Source of the DNA: an uncultured Acidobacteriota bacterium
Lineage (GTDB): Bacteria; Acidobacteriota; Vicinamibacteria; Vicinamibacterales; UBA2999
Length of the DNA stretch: 64,000 nt
NCBI GenBank assembly: GCA_963807235.1
Contig: CAWEBF010000025.1
Coordinates: 77,214 to 141,213 of the forward strand
Reading direction: 5' to 3'
This document shows, one piece after another, positions 39,397-49,607 of this stretch (the first letter of the stretch is position 1; each line of letters begins with the position of its first letter). A program made the position numbers and the translations under genes. The notes below the pieces were generated by a model. That model searched no databases, had not been told where the DNA came from, and saw only the letters and a list, made by a program, of their open reading frames with translations.

Positions 39397-40358
39397 TCAG
39401 TGGATCACTGTGATGGTTCCCGGCGCCGACTCGTTGTCCGCGGTATCGACGGCGACGATCGCGATGTTGTTGGTGACGCCGTAGTCGCTCTCGAGCTGCG
39501 CGGTGGTCTGGCCGACCACGACAGCCCGCAACTCATCGTTGACGTACACGTCGTAGCGGATGAGCGACTGTGGGGCGACATCATCCGTCGAGGGGTCCCA
39601 TCGCACGATGACGTGCGCACCATCGTTTTCTGCCGTGATGTTGGCCGGCTGTGTCGGGGGTGTGTGGTCGTTGGGGTCGGGGGATCGGTCGTCACAAAAA
39701 CGGGGTCGCTCACTGGCGACAGGTTGCCGTCAACGTCCCGAGCACGAACCGTGAAGGTATACGTCGTCTCTTGATTCAGCGGAACACATCCCGTAGGCAC
39801 CAGAACGGCGGCACAGGTAAAAGTCGCAGTTCTCGAATTCAGCGTGATGATGGGCTGGCCGTCGATGGAGATTGAATACCAGATCGTCGGGCCATCGTCG
39901 GTGGACGACCATGAAAGCGAGGCATGTGTCGGCCCGACATCCAGCAGCGTCACCACAGGCTTGGTCGGCGCGGCGAGCTCCCCGGGCAACGTGACCGTCA
40001 CGGAATTGCTGGATTTGGAGAGATTCCCCGCAGCATCCTTCGCGTAGACGCGAAAGACATAAGTCTTGCCCGGCTGCAGACCTTCGAGCGTGTGGCTCGT
40101 GACCGTCTGACTGACGGTCACGGTTGTACCCGCACAGCAGATGAGGTAGTTGAAGCTGCCCGAATTGTCCGTGGAGGGCCCCCAAGCGAGCGACACGCTG
40201 TGCTCTGTGGTCGCCGTCACCACGAGGTTGGTCGGCGCCGTTGGTGGTGTGCGATCCCGTGTCCGGCTGCCCTGGGCAGACAGCACCGACGAACCGACCA
40301 ACAGTGTGAGCACCACCATCTGGACTGCCGTGAACAACGGAGGGAGCGTTCTCCTCAT
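39397..40358 (-). CDS. exported protein with three fibronectin type III domains, one frameshift
   Basis: ATG 40358 lies inside ORF 39405..40445. FN3 signatures: PTNLVVTATTEHSVSLAWGPSTDN…YVFRVYAKDAAGN, then LSWSSTDDG…YTFTVRARDVDGN. The third domain continues in ORF 39397..39606 after a C-run near 39655-39662. Confidence 0.7.
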
Positions 40359-40675
40359 GCGAGTTCCTCTCTGCGAATTCAGCGCGTCGGGCTGTGACGT
40401 GCGAGCGCGTCGTAAGCAGTGCGGAGGGGGCAAATGCCGCGCCAAGGCCCTGGCGCGCCGTCGCGCCCGAGGTGTGGAGATGGACGACCCGGTTGGAGCC
40501 GGGCCGGGCGGCTTGCTTTCGTCCGTGAACGGCCTTACGCGAGGACGAACGACCAGATCGCGAGGCCGAACTCAATCGTACGGCTCGCGTCCGGTCGCAT
40601 CGTTTCAGGCGTTCCTCGATAAGAGCGGTTGCTTTCGCGGTAAGTGTTTACCGTCGCGGTAAGCCGCAATCGCCC

Positions 40676-41626
40676 CTACCGGGGAGCAGGGCGCGTGATG
40701 TACCACTGATTGCCGAGCGCATCCTCGACAAACGCCATTCGATCGCCGGAGGGCTGATCCACGGGAGGCGAAAGTGCCTTGGCACCCGCGGCGAGCGCCT
40801 GCTCGTACACCGCATCCGGATCCGCGACATACAGACAGAAGGCGCCGGGCATCGGATCGGCGGTGCCAAGTTCAATGGCCGCGTCGCCGACACGCGCACG
40901 CGCGTACGGAATGACGCCTCCCGGCAGCTCGTGCACCACCTCTTCGGAGGCACCAAATGCCCGCACGAGAAAATCGATATACCCGCGCACGTCGCGCGAA
41001 TGCACGAACGGCGTCACAGTCCGCAATGCGTGTCCGAGGGACTCCGGGCCGAGCGGGCTTGCGATGAACCAGTGGTTGCCGTAGGCATCCTTGACGAAGC
41101 CGGAGCGCTCTCCATACGGACGATCCGCTGGTTCGCCAACCGACTCGGCGCCCGCCGCAATCGCCTTCGCATAGACAGCATCGACGTCATCCACGAACAC
41201 GTGGAACGCCATCGACCTGCCCGGCACGATTTCACCCGTCGTCCCTTCGCTGAGCATGAGCATGGAACTGCCGATGCGCAGTTCGCGATGCGTACCGTGT
41301 CGTCCGCCCTCGGTGACGCGCGTTTCCACGGCATCGAACACGCGAACGAGGAAGTCGGAAAGGCCTCGGTCCGCCACCCACACGTATGGCGTAACGGTCG
41401 TGAACCCTTCGCGAATGTTGGTGAGTTCAGCAGTGGGCATTGTCAGCCTTCTTTCCAGTTGCGCACGCAGGCGCGTCTTGAAGTTGGCGCTCGGGTAGTG
41501 CCGCAGGTCGGCGGCAATCCGCACGAGCGCCGCCAGTTCCGGATCCCGGAGCGCGGCGGTCGCGTCACCCCGAGCCACAACGGCGTCGATCGCGCCGTCC
41601 AGCCGATCGGAGAGCTCGTCAGCCAT
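40676..41626 (-). CDS. sigma-coupled protein: anti-sigma-like helical N-terminus plus two VOC/glyoxalase-fold domains
   Basis: ATG 41626 lies inside ORF 40676..41725 and overlaps the sigma-factor stop by 8 nt. N-terminus LDGAIDAVVARGDATAALRDPELAALVRIAADLRHYP. Two VOC-like halves end GFVKDAYGNHWFIASP and AFVEDALGNQWYITRP. No TM segment. Confidence 0.6.
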   Translation of the reverse strand: MADELSDRLDGAIDAVVARGDATAALRDPELAALVRIAADLRHYPSANFKTRLRAQLERRLTMPTAELTNIREGFTTVTPYVWVADRGLSDFLVRVFDAVETRVTEGGRHGTHRELRIGSSMLMLSEGTTGEIVPGRSMAFHVFVDDVDAVYAKAIAAGAESVGEPADRPYGERSGFVKDAYGNHWFIASPLGPESLGHALRTVTPFVHSRDVRGYIDFLVRAFGASEEVVHELPGGVIPYARARVGDAAIELGTADPMPGAFCLYVADPDAVYEQALAAGAKALSPPVDQPSGDRMAFVEDALGNQWYITRPAPR

Positions 41627-42146
41627 TGACGCCCATGCCTTTCCGGAGGTTCTCGAGCGCGCGGAGCTGGAGCTGCTTGACCGCACCCTCAGACCGATCG
41701 AGCGCCGCCGCGACGTCGCGGACACTCCTGTCTTCCACGAACCGCATCTCGATCACGCGGCGCTGCAGGTCAGGCAGACGATCGACAAGCTGAAACAGGC
41801 TGACCCGTCGTTGCAACTCCTCGTGCTCGCGCTCGTCGGGCAAATCGGGCGGCGGATCCTGCGCCTCGCGGCCCTGCCGGCGCCAATGGTTCGCCAGGGC
41901 GTTCGCCGCCATGCGGTACAGCCATGCTGTGAACGGCACGCCGCGCCATTCGAACCGGGGCAGGTTCGCCAGCGCCAGCTGGAACACCTCCGAAGTGATG
42001 TCTTCGGCAACGAAACGGCTGCCGGCGCGCCGGCTGACATAGGCGTAGACCCGGTCCACGTAGCGGTCGTACACCTCGACGAAACGGGCAGGATCCGCCT
42101 TTGCCGCCTCGATCAGCGCCCGTTCGTCCTCTGTGCTGGTTGCCAC
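41619..42146 (-). CDS. ECF-type RNA polymerase sigma factor
   Basis: ORF 41619..42146. Region 2 reads YDRYVDRVYAYVSRR...AEDITSEVFQLALANLPRF...FTAWLYRMAANALANHWRR. Region 4 reads LPDLQRRVIEMRFVEDRSVRDVAAAL. Confidence 0.9.
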   Translation of the reverse strand: MATSTEDERALIEAAKADPARFVEVYDRYVDRVYAYVSRRAGSRFVAEDITSEVFQLALANLPRFEWRGVPFTAWLYRMAANALANHWRRQGREAQDPPPDLPDEREHEELQRRVSLFQLVDRLPDLQRRVIEMRFVEDRSVRDVAAALDRSEGAVKQLQLRALENLRKGMGVNG

Positions 42147-42346
42147 GTTGTGTGTAGCGCGCCTCCGAACAGGCCGCCGATCACTGTAACGGGCCAGGCA
42201 GTCGAAAGGTTACGGGTGGTCGAGCTTGGTGAAGACGTCCAGGTCGCCGGGCGCAACAGTCACGACCATTCATAGTCGGTGCTAAAATCGCCCCTCAAAT
42301 CTCGGATTCCCGCGCCCCGTAATTGGGGGCCCGGCGTGGAGTAACC

Positions 42347-42755
42347 ATGAGCACTCGAACCGCGCGACAGGTCGTATTGTGTGGATGCCTGATGACCGGC
42401 ATCGTGATAGCCGGCGGGGGGCTGCAGGCCCATCATGCCGTGGCGGGCGTGTACGACCTGAATAAAGAGGTGGTCCTCGAGGGCCGGCTCAAGAAGTTGA
42501 ACTTTACGAATCCGCACGCGAGCATCGAGCTCACCGTCCCGAACAAGAACGGCACGTTCACGGAGTGGAAGCTGACCACCGCCTCCATCACGACGCTGAC
42601 CCGGGAGGGAATCAACAAGACCTCCATGAAGCCTGGCGAGATCCTCAAGGTGACGATCCTTCCGGCGAGGAACGGGAACCCGGCGGGATTCATCAGGAAT
42701 CTCCAGCTCGGCGACCGCGAGCATCAAGCTCTTCTTCGGCGACGAACGCGACTGA
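42347..42755 (+). CDS. small exported protein 'D' (mature N-terminus HH, NPH motif; DUF6152-like by recollection), one frameshift
   Basis: ATG 42347 lies inside ORF 42323..43018, with GGAG 6 nt upstream. Signal peptide …IAGGGLQA then HHAVAGVYDL…FTNPHASIEL. A 1-nt correction at about 42722 gives the tail IKLFFGDERD and TGA 42753-42755. Confidence 0.6.
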
Positions 42756-42777
42756 CCGAATACCCTGGGAGTTGGCC

Positions 42778-43820
42778 ATGGCTGATCGACGATCTCTCGC
42801 GACAGGTGTGCTCGCTCGTTCTTGTCGCGATGAGCCAGCGTGGCCGCCTGGGGGCCCAGGGCCCGCCAGCCCAGGGGCCGGGTGCCGGAGCACCGCAGGG
42901 CCCCGGCGCGCGGAGCGGCCGAGGGGCGAGGTGCCGGAGCGCCGCCGGGTCGAGGCGCAGGTGGCGGTCGTGGCGACGCGGGAGCCGTTTACGCCCGCAG
43001 CCGGAGCCAAGGACCTGAAATCGGTCCTCTTCAACTGGACGTGGCACATGGGGATGCTGCGGAGCGGGGATGAGTCCGAGCTCGATCAAGACGCTCGACT
43101 ACCACGCTGCGGGGGGCACGATCCAGGTGGACGGTCAGCCCTGCACGCTGACGAAGTATCGCGTCCAGGCCAACTACCAGGTCCCGGGTACCGGACGCAG
43201 ATCGAGTGCACGCGTCCCAACAAACAGAACTATTCGAACGTTGAAACGATGAGCGGCGAGTACGCCTGGGACGAAGACATTCCGGGCGCGGAACTCGTTC
43301 CCGGCAAGGGCAAGGCAACTCCGCGGCCCGCCGCGCTCGAGGAGCGGCTGATCCGTCTGTGGGCGAGCCCTCACGGTGCGCCCAAGGCCGCCATCGCCGG
43401 CGCGGCCGGCCTGCCGCCGTCCGAGTCCTTCGGCGCAGAACCCGGCCACACTGCTCGATCGCCAGGCAGCCGCCGGCGCGAAGGCGACGACGACGCTGTC
43501 GTGGCAGGGGGAAAAGGCCGTCGTCACATATCCGATCCCGGGAGTGCCTGGGGCGACTGCGACGGCCACGCTCGATGCCGGCTTCCTGCCGGAACGCGTC
43601 GTGGTGACGCACGGGACGAACAAGACGGAGTTCGTCTACGGCAAGTTCGCAGGACTGGAACAATCCCCTGTTCAAGATCGAGGCTCTGTACGCCGGCACC
43701 ATCGTCGAGCGTCGGAACGGCACAGTCGTTCGCGACTTGAAGGCGAAGGTAACCGAAATCGGCCAGGTGTACGTCGTCGTGCCGGTTCCGGACAGTGTGC
43801 AGAAGGCTGCTGGAAAGTGA
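42778..43820 (+). pseudogene. exported uncharacterised protein 'X', at least 4 frame changes
   Basis: ATG 42778 follows GGGAG. The conceptual protein is read across ORFs 42565..43740, 43070..43252, 43376..44194 and a third frame ending VYVVVPVPDSVQKAAGK-TGA (43818-43820). It is collinear with X' at 47790. Confidence 0.5.
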
Positions 43821-43828
43821 GGATTGCG

Positions 43829-44683
43829 ATGAAGGCGACCATGGTGGCGATCGTTCTCGGTCTCCTCGTGACGCCAGTGGCGGCGCAAGGGGCCGGCGCC
43901 AGCGCAGCAGAACGATCGCGCAAGCTCCGACGCCCAGGTTGGCCAGCGGAAAGCCTGACCTGTCAGGCTCCTGGCAGGGGGCCGGCGGCGGTCAGCAAGG
44001 TTCCGGCGGCGATATGTTCCGGCGGTGCACTCCGTTCCAGTCGAAGCAGTGCATGGAGTGGACCAATCAGAGCGAGGACTGGGTGTTCATGTCGGCAACC
44101 CGGCTCGATCAGCGTCAGCCGCTGTACAAGCCCGAGCACTGGGACAAGATCATCGAGCTCGACCAGTGGACGAACAAGTACGACCCGGTCATGACCTGCC
44201 TCCCGCTCGGAATTCCGCGGCAGGGACCGCCGGCGCGAATCTTCCACACCGAGAACGACATCACGATGATCTACAGGGGCGGCGTCGACGGCGCCGGCGG
44301 GTACGCGGAGTTCCGCATGATCCCGCTCGACGGCAAGCCCCACGATCCCCGGCGGGCGCTCCATGTACACGTACATGGGGTACACGGTCGGCCGCTGGGA
44401 AGGCGACACGCTCGTCCTCGACTCCATCGGGTTCTCCGACGAGACCTGGCTCGGGCGCGGCGGCTTCTTCCACTCCGACCAGATGCGGGTCGTGGAGAAA
44501 TTCACCAGGACCGGGAACCAGATGCTCTACGAAGTGACGGTCGAGGACCCGGTGGTGTTGGTCAAGCCATGGGTCATGCCTTCACGGACCCTGCGGCTCT
44601 CCAACGCCAATACGATCATCGCAGAGCGAGGAAGCTGCACGGACAGCGAGCTGGCAGAGGTCAGCTCCCAGATGCGGCACTAA
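43829..44683 (+). CDS. exported uncharacterised protein 'Y', two frame changes
   Basis: ATG 43829 follows GAGGA. Signal peptide MKATMVAIVLGLLVTPVAAQG. It continues in ORF 43795..44715 (LYKPEHWDKIIELDQWTNKYDPVMTCLPLGIPRQGPP) and ORF 44363..44683 (VGRWEGDTLVLDSIGFSDETW…). It is collinear with Y'. Confidence 0.55.
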
Positions 44684-44688
44684 ATTTC

Positions 44689-44718
44689 TTGACTCATGAC
44701 GAGCGGTGCACGTAGCCT
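44689..44718 (+). promoter_or_regulatory. sigma70-like promoter upstream of a PadR gene
   Basis: TTGACT (44689-44694), an 18-nt spacer, then TAGCCT (44713-44718). GAGG lies 5 nt before ATG 44742. Confidence 0.35.
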
Positions 44719-44741
44719 ATGTGTCGAAGGTTGAGGCATTG

Positions 44742-45083
44742 ATGGCGTCCGCCCGATTTCCCATCCCCCAAGGCACGCTCGACATGTTGATCCTGCAGGT
44801 GCTGTCGCTCGAGGCCGCGCATGGCTACGCCATCGCGCAGCGGGTGCAGCAGATCTCACGCGAAACGGTGCGCGTCAATCAGGGCTCCCTGTATCCGGCG
44901 CTGCACCGCCTCGAACAGAAGCGCTGGCTGAAAGCGGAGTGGCGCCAGTCGGAAACGGGCCGCGAGGCCAAGTTCTATGCGCTCACGCGCGCAGGTCACA
45001 AACAGCTGGCGCTCGAAAAGGCCAGTTGGGGCCGTTTGACGGTGGCCGTTCAGCTGATCTTCGACGAGGAGCCTAGGCCGTGA
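44742..45083 (+). CDS. PadR-family transcriptional regulator
   Basis: ATG 44742 lies inside ORF 44706..45083. Signature PQGTLDMLILQVLSLEAAHGYAIAQRV...GSLYPALHRLEQKRWL...REAKFYALT. Confidence 0.85.
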   Translation: MASARFPIPQGTLDMLILQVLSLEAAHGYAIAQRVQQISRETVRVNQGSLYPALHRLEQKRWLKAEWRQSETGREAKFYALTRAGHKQLALEKASWGRLTVAVQLIFDEEPRP

Positions 45084-47705
45084 GCAGTTTGCTGAATCTT
45101 TTCAGTTGGCGGCGCGACCGGCTGGAGCGCGACCTCGATCGCGAGTTGCGGTATCACGTGGACCGCCGCGTCGATGACCTGATCAGGGCCGGTCTGAGCG
45201 AGCCCGAGGCCCGAAGGCAGGCGAGCCTCGAGCTCGGCGGCGTCGCCCAGGTGCAGGAGGCCGTGCGGGACACGTGGATATGGCGATGGCTCGATGCGCT
45301 CGTGCGCGACGTGCGCTATGCGATGCGGAGCCTGACGAGGAGCTGGGGCTTCACGCTCGGCGCCGGCGCCGTGCTTGCCCTGTCCATCGGTGCGAATGTC
45401 GCCATTTTCTCAGTGGTCAATACGGTGTTGCTCCAGCCGCTCCCTTATCCCGCCGCCGAGCGCCTCGTCTCGGTCGAGACATTCTGGACCAACACCGGAC
45501 GTGCCAACCAGATGTGTCCGGCCCCGACTTTCTCGACTGGCAGGCGCGAAACGACGTATTCGAAAAGATGGCCGTCTAGTCGGTGAGACGACGAGGCCGC
45601 CATCGTCGGCGACCGCGCCATGTTTGCCAACGCAGCGTTCGTCTCGGCCGATTTCTTTGCGGTCTTCGGCCAGACCGCGTCTGCGGGACGGCTGCTGACG
45701 GAGCGGCGATATCCCGGCGGAGGCGCGATCCGGCGGTCGCCGTCGTGGCGTATCACTGGGCGGTGACACACTTCGGCAGCGATGAGGCCGCGATCGGGAA
45801 AAGGATCGCGGTCTATGGCAACGCGGTGGAGATCGTCGGAGTGGCGGCGCCGGGATTTCGTTATCCCGGCTCCACTGATATCTGGTACACCCTGGCCGCA
45901 CGGCCGACGAAGATCCACAAACCGCGCAACCACATCTACCAGGCGGTCGGGAAGCTCAAGCGGAGACGTGGACCTCACGCGTGCGCAGGCGCAGATGCGG
46001 ACCATTGGTGACGCGCTCGCACGGCAAAATCCCGAGAACCGTTTCAAGACCGTGACTGTGATACCGCTGCAGGACCGGCTGACCGGCAACGTCCAGGCGA
46101 CGTTATGGGTGCTCATGGGCGCCGTGGGCGTCGTCTGGCTCATTGGGTGCGCCAATATCGCGAACCTCCTGCTGGCGCGGGCCGCGGGCAGGACGCGCGA
46201 GATCGCGCTCCGCGCCGCGCTCGGCGCGGGCCGGGGCCGTGTCGTGCGTCAACTGTTGACCGAGAGTTGCGTGCTCGCGGGGGTGGCCGGGCTGGCAGGT
46301 CTCCTCCTTGCGTCGACGCTCATGCAGGCACTCGTCGCGTTCTCACCCGCCAACCTGCCTGGCATCGGCGAGGCGCGGATGGACATGACCGTCCTCCTGT
46401 TCGCGCTCGGGCTCTCGCTGGTGTCGACCCTGCTGTTCGGCCTCGTGCCGGCCCTTCATGCCGCGCGGCTCGACTTGTCGGGTGCGTTGAAGCAGGGCGG
46501 CTCGAAGGTGACGGAGCGAGGGCCGGCACACGGTTCCGCTCGGCGCTGGTCGTGGCCGAAGTCGCGTTGTCGGTCATTCTGCTTGCGGCCGCGGGTTTGC
46601 TGCTGCGATCGTTCCAAGCGCTCCAGCACGTCGACCTCGGGTTCACGACGGACCGTGTGCTCGTGGCTTAGACGGAGTACGCGGTCACGGACGATCGGCG
46701 GACTCGCGCCAGGAGCAGGGCCTATGCCGATGTGCTCGACCGGCTACGTGCCATGCCTGGGGTGAGGGCTGCGTCGGCCGTGGCCTACGTTGGGATGGGA
46801 CGAGAGCCAAGGTCACCTCGGGATTTTTACATTCAGGGCCGACCGGATGGACGACCGGGCGACCGGCCGCAAGCGGAGTTTCACGCGATCACGTCGGACT
46901 ACTTCAAGACGCTGGAGATTCCGCATCGTGCCGGTCGCGACTTCGACAGGACCGACACGCCGGAGCGGCCGCCTGTCGTCATCGTCAACGAGGCCCTGGC
47001 ACGCATGGCCTTTCCGGGGAGTCGCCGATTGGAAAGCGTGTTCGGACGGGGACGAGTCCGCTGGCGTCGTGGATGGAGATCGTCGGGGTTGTCGGCGACA
47101 CCCGATGGCAGGACCCGAGTCAACCCGCGCCGGCCGTGATCTACGCGGCATCGACGCAGGGCTTCGGCAACTCGCCGGCGATCCTGGCTCGGACCTCGGT
47201 GGACGAGCTATCGCTGGCCAGCACGCTTCGCACTCTCCTGCACGATGCGAATCCCACGATGCCAGTCAAGTTCGAGACCATGGACGAGTTGTTCGACTCC
47301 ACGCTGGCGTATCCCCGGTTTCGCACGCAGGTCATTGGGCTGTTTGCGGGCGTGGCGGCTCTTCTTGCTGCCGTGGGCATCTTCAGCGTGCTGGCGTATC
47401 TCGTCGGACAGCGAACACGGGAACTCGCGCTCCGACGGGCCCTTGGCGCCCGGGCCGCCGATGTCCTCGGCCTCGTCGTGGGTCAAGGACTGCGGTTGGT
47501 GGCGATCGGCCTTGTGCTTGGACTTGCCGGCGCGCTCGCCATGTCGCGGCTGCTGACGGGTCTGCTCTATGAGATCAGCCCGTGGGACGTCCGCGCCTAT
47601 CTGGGGACGATCGCCGTGCTCGGCGGCGCGGCGCTGCTCGCTACCCTCCTTCCCGCGATCAGAGCAGCCACGATCGCGCCCGTCATCGTGCTCCGGCAGG
47701 AGTAG
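45080..47705 (+). pseudogene. ADOP-like duplicated MacB/FtsX permease, copy 4, multiple frame changes and in-frame TAG codons
   Basis: GTG 45080 overlaps the PadR stop (GTGA). Homology is traceable through ORFs 45080..45586, 45274..45579, 45583..46011, 45782..46765, 46105..46671, 46732..47139 and 47073..47705. TAG 46669-46671 interrupts a continuous frame (DRVLVA*TEYAV). A second TAG is at 45577-45579. Confidence 0.8.
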
Positions 47706-47789
47706 CCGGGCATCACGGTCAAGACGGCCGTGGGCCTTGACCTCGTCCTTCGGGACCGGCATGCTCACCCCAGAAGACGGAGGACCACC

Positions 47790-48768
47790 ATGAAGTTTGG
47801 TCGAAGGAATCTGGACGACGGTCGCATTCGCCCTTGTCCTGGCGATCGGCGTGGCATCGACAGCCGGTGCGCAGCAGGCTCCGGCCGGCGCGCAAGGGCG
47901 GGGCGGTGGGCCAGCTCCGGCCGGCCCACAAGGTGGGGGTCGTGGCGGTGCACCCGTACACACCCGCAGCGGGTGCCAAGGACTTGAGAGCCGTGCTGTT
48001 CAACTGGATGTGGCACCAGGGCATGCTGAAGGGCGCCGACGAACGCGACATGGTCGCGATGCTCGAGTACCAGGCCAAGGGCGGCACGATTCAGGTAGAC
48101 GGCCAGCCGTGCACGCTGTCGAAGTTCCGTGAGAGCACGAACTTCCAGACCTTCAGCCAGCGTATCCAATACACGTGCACGCGTCCCAACAAACAGACGG
48201 TTTCGAACATCGAGGTGGTCAGCTGGCAGTACGCGTGGAACGAGGACACGCCTGGCGCGGAGATCGCTGGATACGAAGGGCAAGGTGGCTGCGATGCCCG
48301 CGGCAGTGCAGGAGCGGCTGATCCGCATCTGGGCAAGTCCGCAGGGCGCGGCCAAGTCTGCGCTGGCAGGGACCATGGACACATGGAGGCTGGGCGCCAA
48401 CCCGGGAACGGTGATCGCCGACGGCGTGATGAAGGCCGGCAACACGTCCCTTTCGTTTGATGCCGCCGGCAAGCCGGTCTTCACGTTCCCGATTCCCGGC
48501 GTTGCCGGGGCGACCGGCACGGCCACGCTCGATGCGAAATACATGACGGAGAAGGTCGTCGTCACCCACGGCGCGCGGACGACGACGCGAGTTCACGTAC
48601 AGCAACTATCAGGACTGGAACAACCCGCTGCACAAGATCGAGGTGTACTACGCCGGCCGGTTGACTGAGCGGAAGAACGGTGCGGTGGTCCGCGATCTGA
48701 CGACGAGCGAAACGGAGACCGGCAATGTGTACGTCGTGGTGCCGGTGCCGCCAACCGTGCAGAAGGCG
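47790..48768 (+). pseudogene. exported uncharacterised protein X' (paralogue of X), at least 4 frame changes; its frame runs on into Y'
   Basis: ATG 47790 follows GGAGG. Signal peptide …IWTTVAFALVLAIGVASTAGAQQ (ORF 47797..48132) and a Gly/Pro-rich linker. It then runs through ORFs 47834..48460, 48129..48668 and 48643..49593. Confidence 0.5.
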
Positions 48769-49593
48769 ATGAACGTCACCACGAAGGCACCGACCATCGT
48801 CTGGGCCAGGACGGAGCCGCCGACGAACACGACGGCACCCACACCGCGGATCGGCGGGCATCCTGACATGACGGGCAATTGGGCGGAATTCAACATCGGC
48901 TGGATTGGGAACTACGGCAGCCGGCGATGCGGTCCCACGCAGGTGGCTTGCATTCGGGAAACCAACCAGACCGAAGACTTCGCGCTCTACTCACCCTCGC
49001 GCTTCGGCATGCTGGGTCGTCCTCTCTACAAGCCGCAGTACTGGGACAAGGTCCAGCAGCTCGACATGTGGACGAACAAGGAAGATCCGGTGATGACGTG
49101 CCAGCCGCTGGGGCTTCCGCGTCAAGGCCCGCCGCGGCGCATCTTCCAGTCGGAGAACGACATCACCTTCCTCTTCGGGAATTTTCCCGATGCAGGTGGC
49201 GGATACCCGGAATTTCGTGTGGTCCCGACTGATGGTCGTCAGCATGGCCCAGACGCAAAATACGCGAACAAGTACTTCGGCGACACGGTGGGGCGCTGGG
49301 AGGGCGATACGCTCGTGCTGGACTCCATCGGGTTCGTCGACACGACATGGATCGGGCGGGGCGGATACTTCCACACCGATAAAATGCATATCGTGGAGAA
49401 GTACAGGCGAGAGGGCGATGCCATTTTCTACGACCTGACGCTCGAGGACCCGGAGGTGTTGGCAGAACCGCTGGTGTTCCCGACACGGATCCTTCGGCGC
49501 AGCACGAATGCGAACGCGGGTCTCATCGCGGAACGTGGCAACTGCGAGACGACCTTTGAGACCGAAGCGGCCGCTTCACAGATTCGGCATTAG
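48769..49593 (+). CDS. uncharacterised protein Y' (paralogue of Y), contiguous in frame with the end of X'
   Basis: This is part of ORF 48643..49593. Blocks LYKPQYWDKVQQLDMWTNKEDPVMTCQPLGLPRQGPP, GGYPEFRVVPTDGRQH and VGRWEGDTLVLDSIGFVDTTWIGRGGYFHTDKMHIVEKY. There is no stop and no signal peptide between the X' and Y' parts. Confidence 0.6.
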   Translation: MNVTTKAPTIVWARTEPPTNTTAPTPRIGGHPDMTGNWAEFNIGWIGNYGSRRCGPTQVACIRETNQTEDFALYSPSRFGMLGRPLYKPQYWDKVQQLDMWTNKEDPVMTCQPLGLPRQGPPRRIFQSENDITFLFGNFPDAGGGYPEFRVVPTDGRQHGPDAKYANKYFGDTVGRWEGDTLVLDSIGFVDTTWIGRGGYFHTDKMHIVEKYRREGDAIFYDLTLEDPEVLAEPLVFPTRILRRSTNANAGLIAERGNCETTFETEAAASQIRH

Positions 49594-49607
49594 GAGGTCT
49601 GACAGCC

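Noticed and set aside
45577-46671. In-frame TAG codons at 45577, 46669 and 63947 as possible stop-codon recoding (TAG read as sense).
   Set aside because: TAG is used as a normal terminator at well-defined C-termini in the same window: OmpA 492-494, the tannase homologue 21064-21066, ADOP copy 4 at 47703-47705 and the corrected MBL tail at 10477-10479. Nonsense mutations in decaying genes are the simpler explanation.
47717-47742. The hairpin GGTCAAG-N12-CTTGACC after ADOP copy 4, as a possible rho-independent terminator.
   Set aside because: The stem is short, the loop is large and no U-tract follows. I cannot support it as a terminator.
42778-48768. The dense frame changes in X, X' and the ADOP copies as programmed ribosomal frameshifting.
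   Set aside because: The junctions share no slippery heptamer or downstream structure, they occur in both directions, and several coincide with homopolymer runs. Sequencing or polishing error or pseudogenisation is far more likely.
48772-48840. The reverse complement of the X'-Y' linker encodes a signal-peptide-like hydrophobic string (GAVVFVGGSVLAQT), which suggested a small inversion of the Y' signal peptide.
   Set aside because: Antisense reading of Thr/Pro-rich codons in GC-rich DNA naturally gives Gly/Val/Ala-rich strings. No flanking inverted repeats are present, and re-inverting the segment does not restore the frame.
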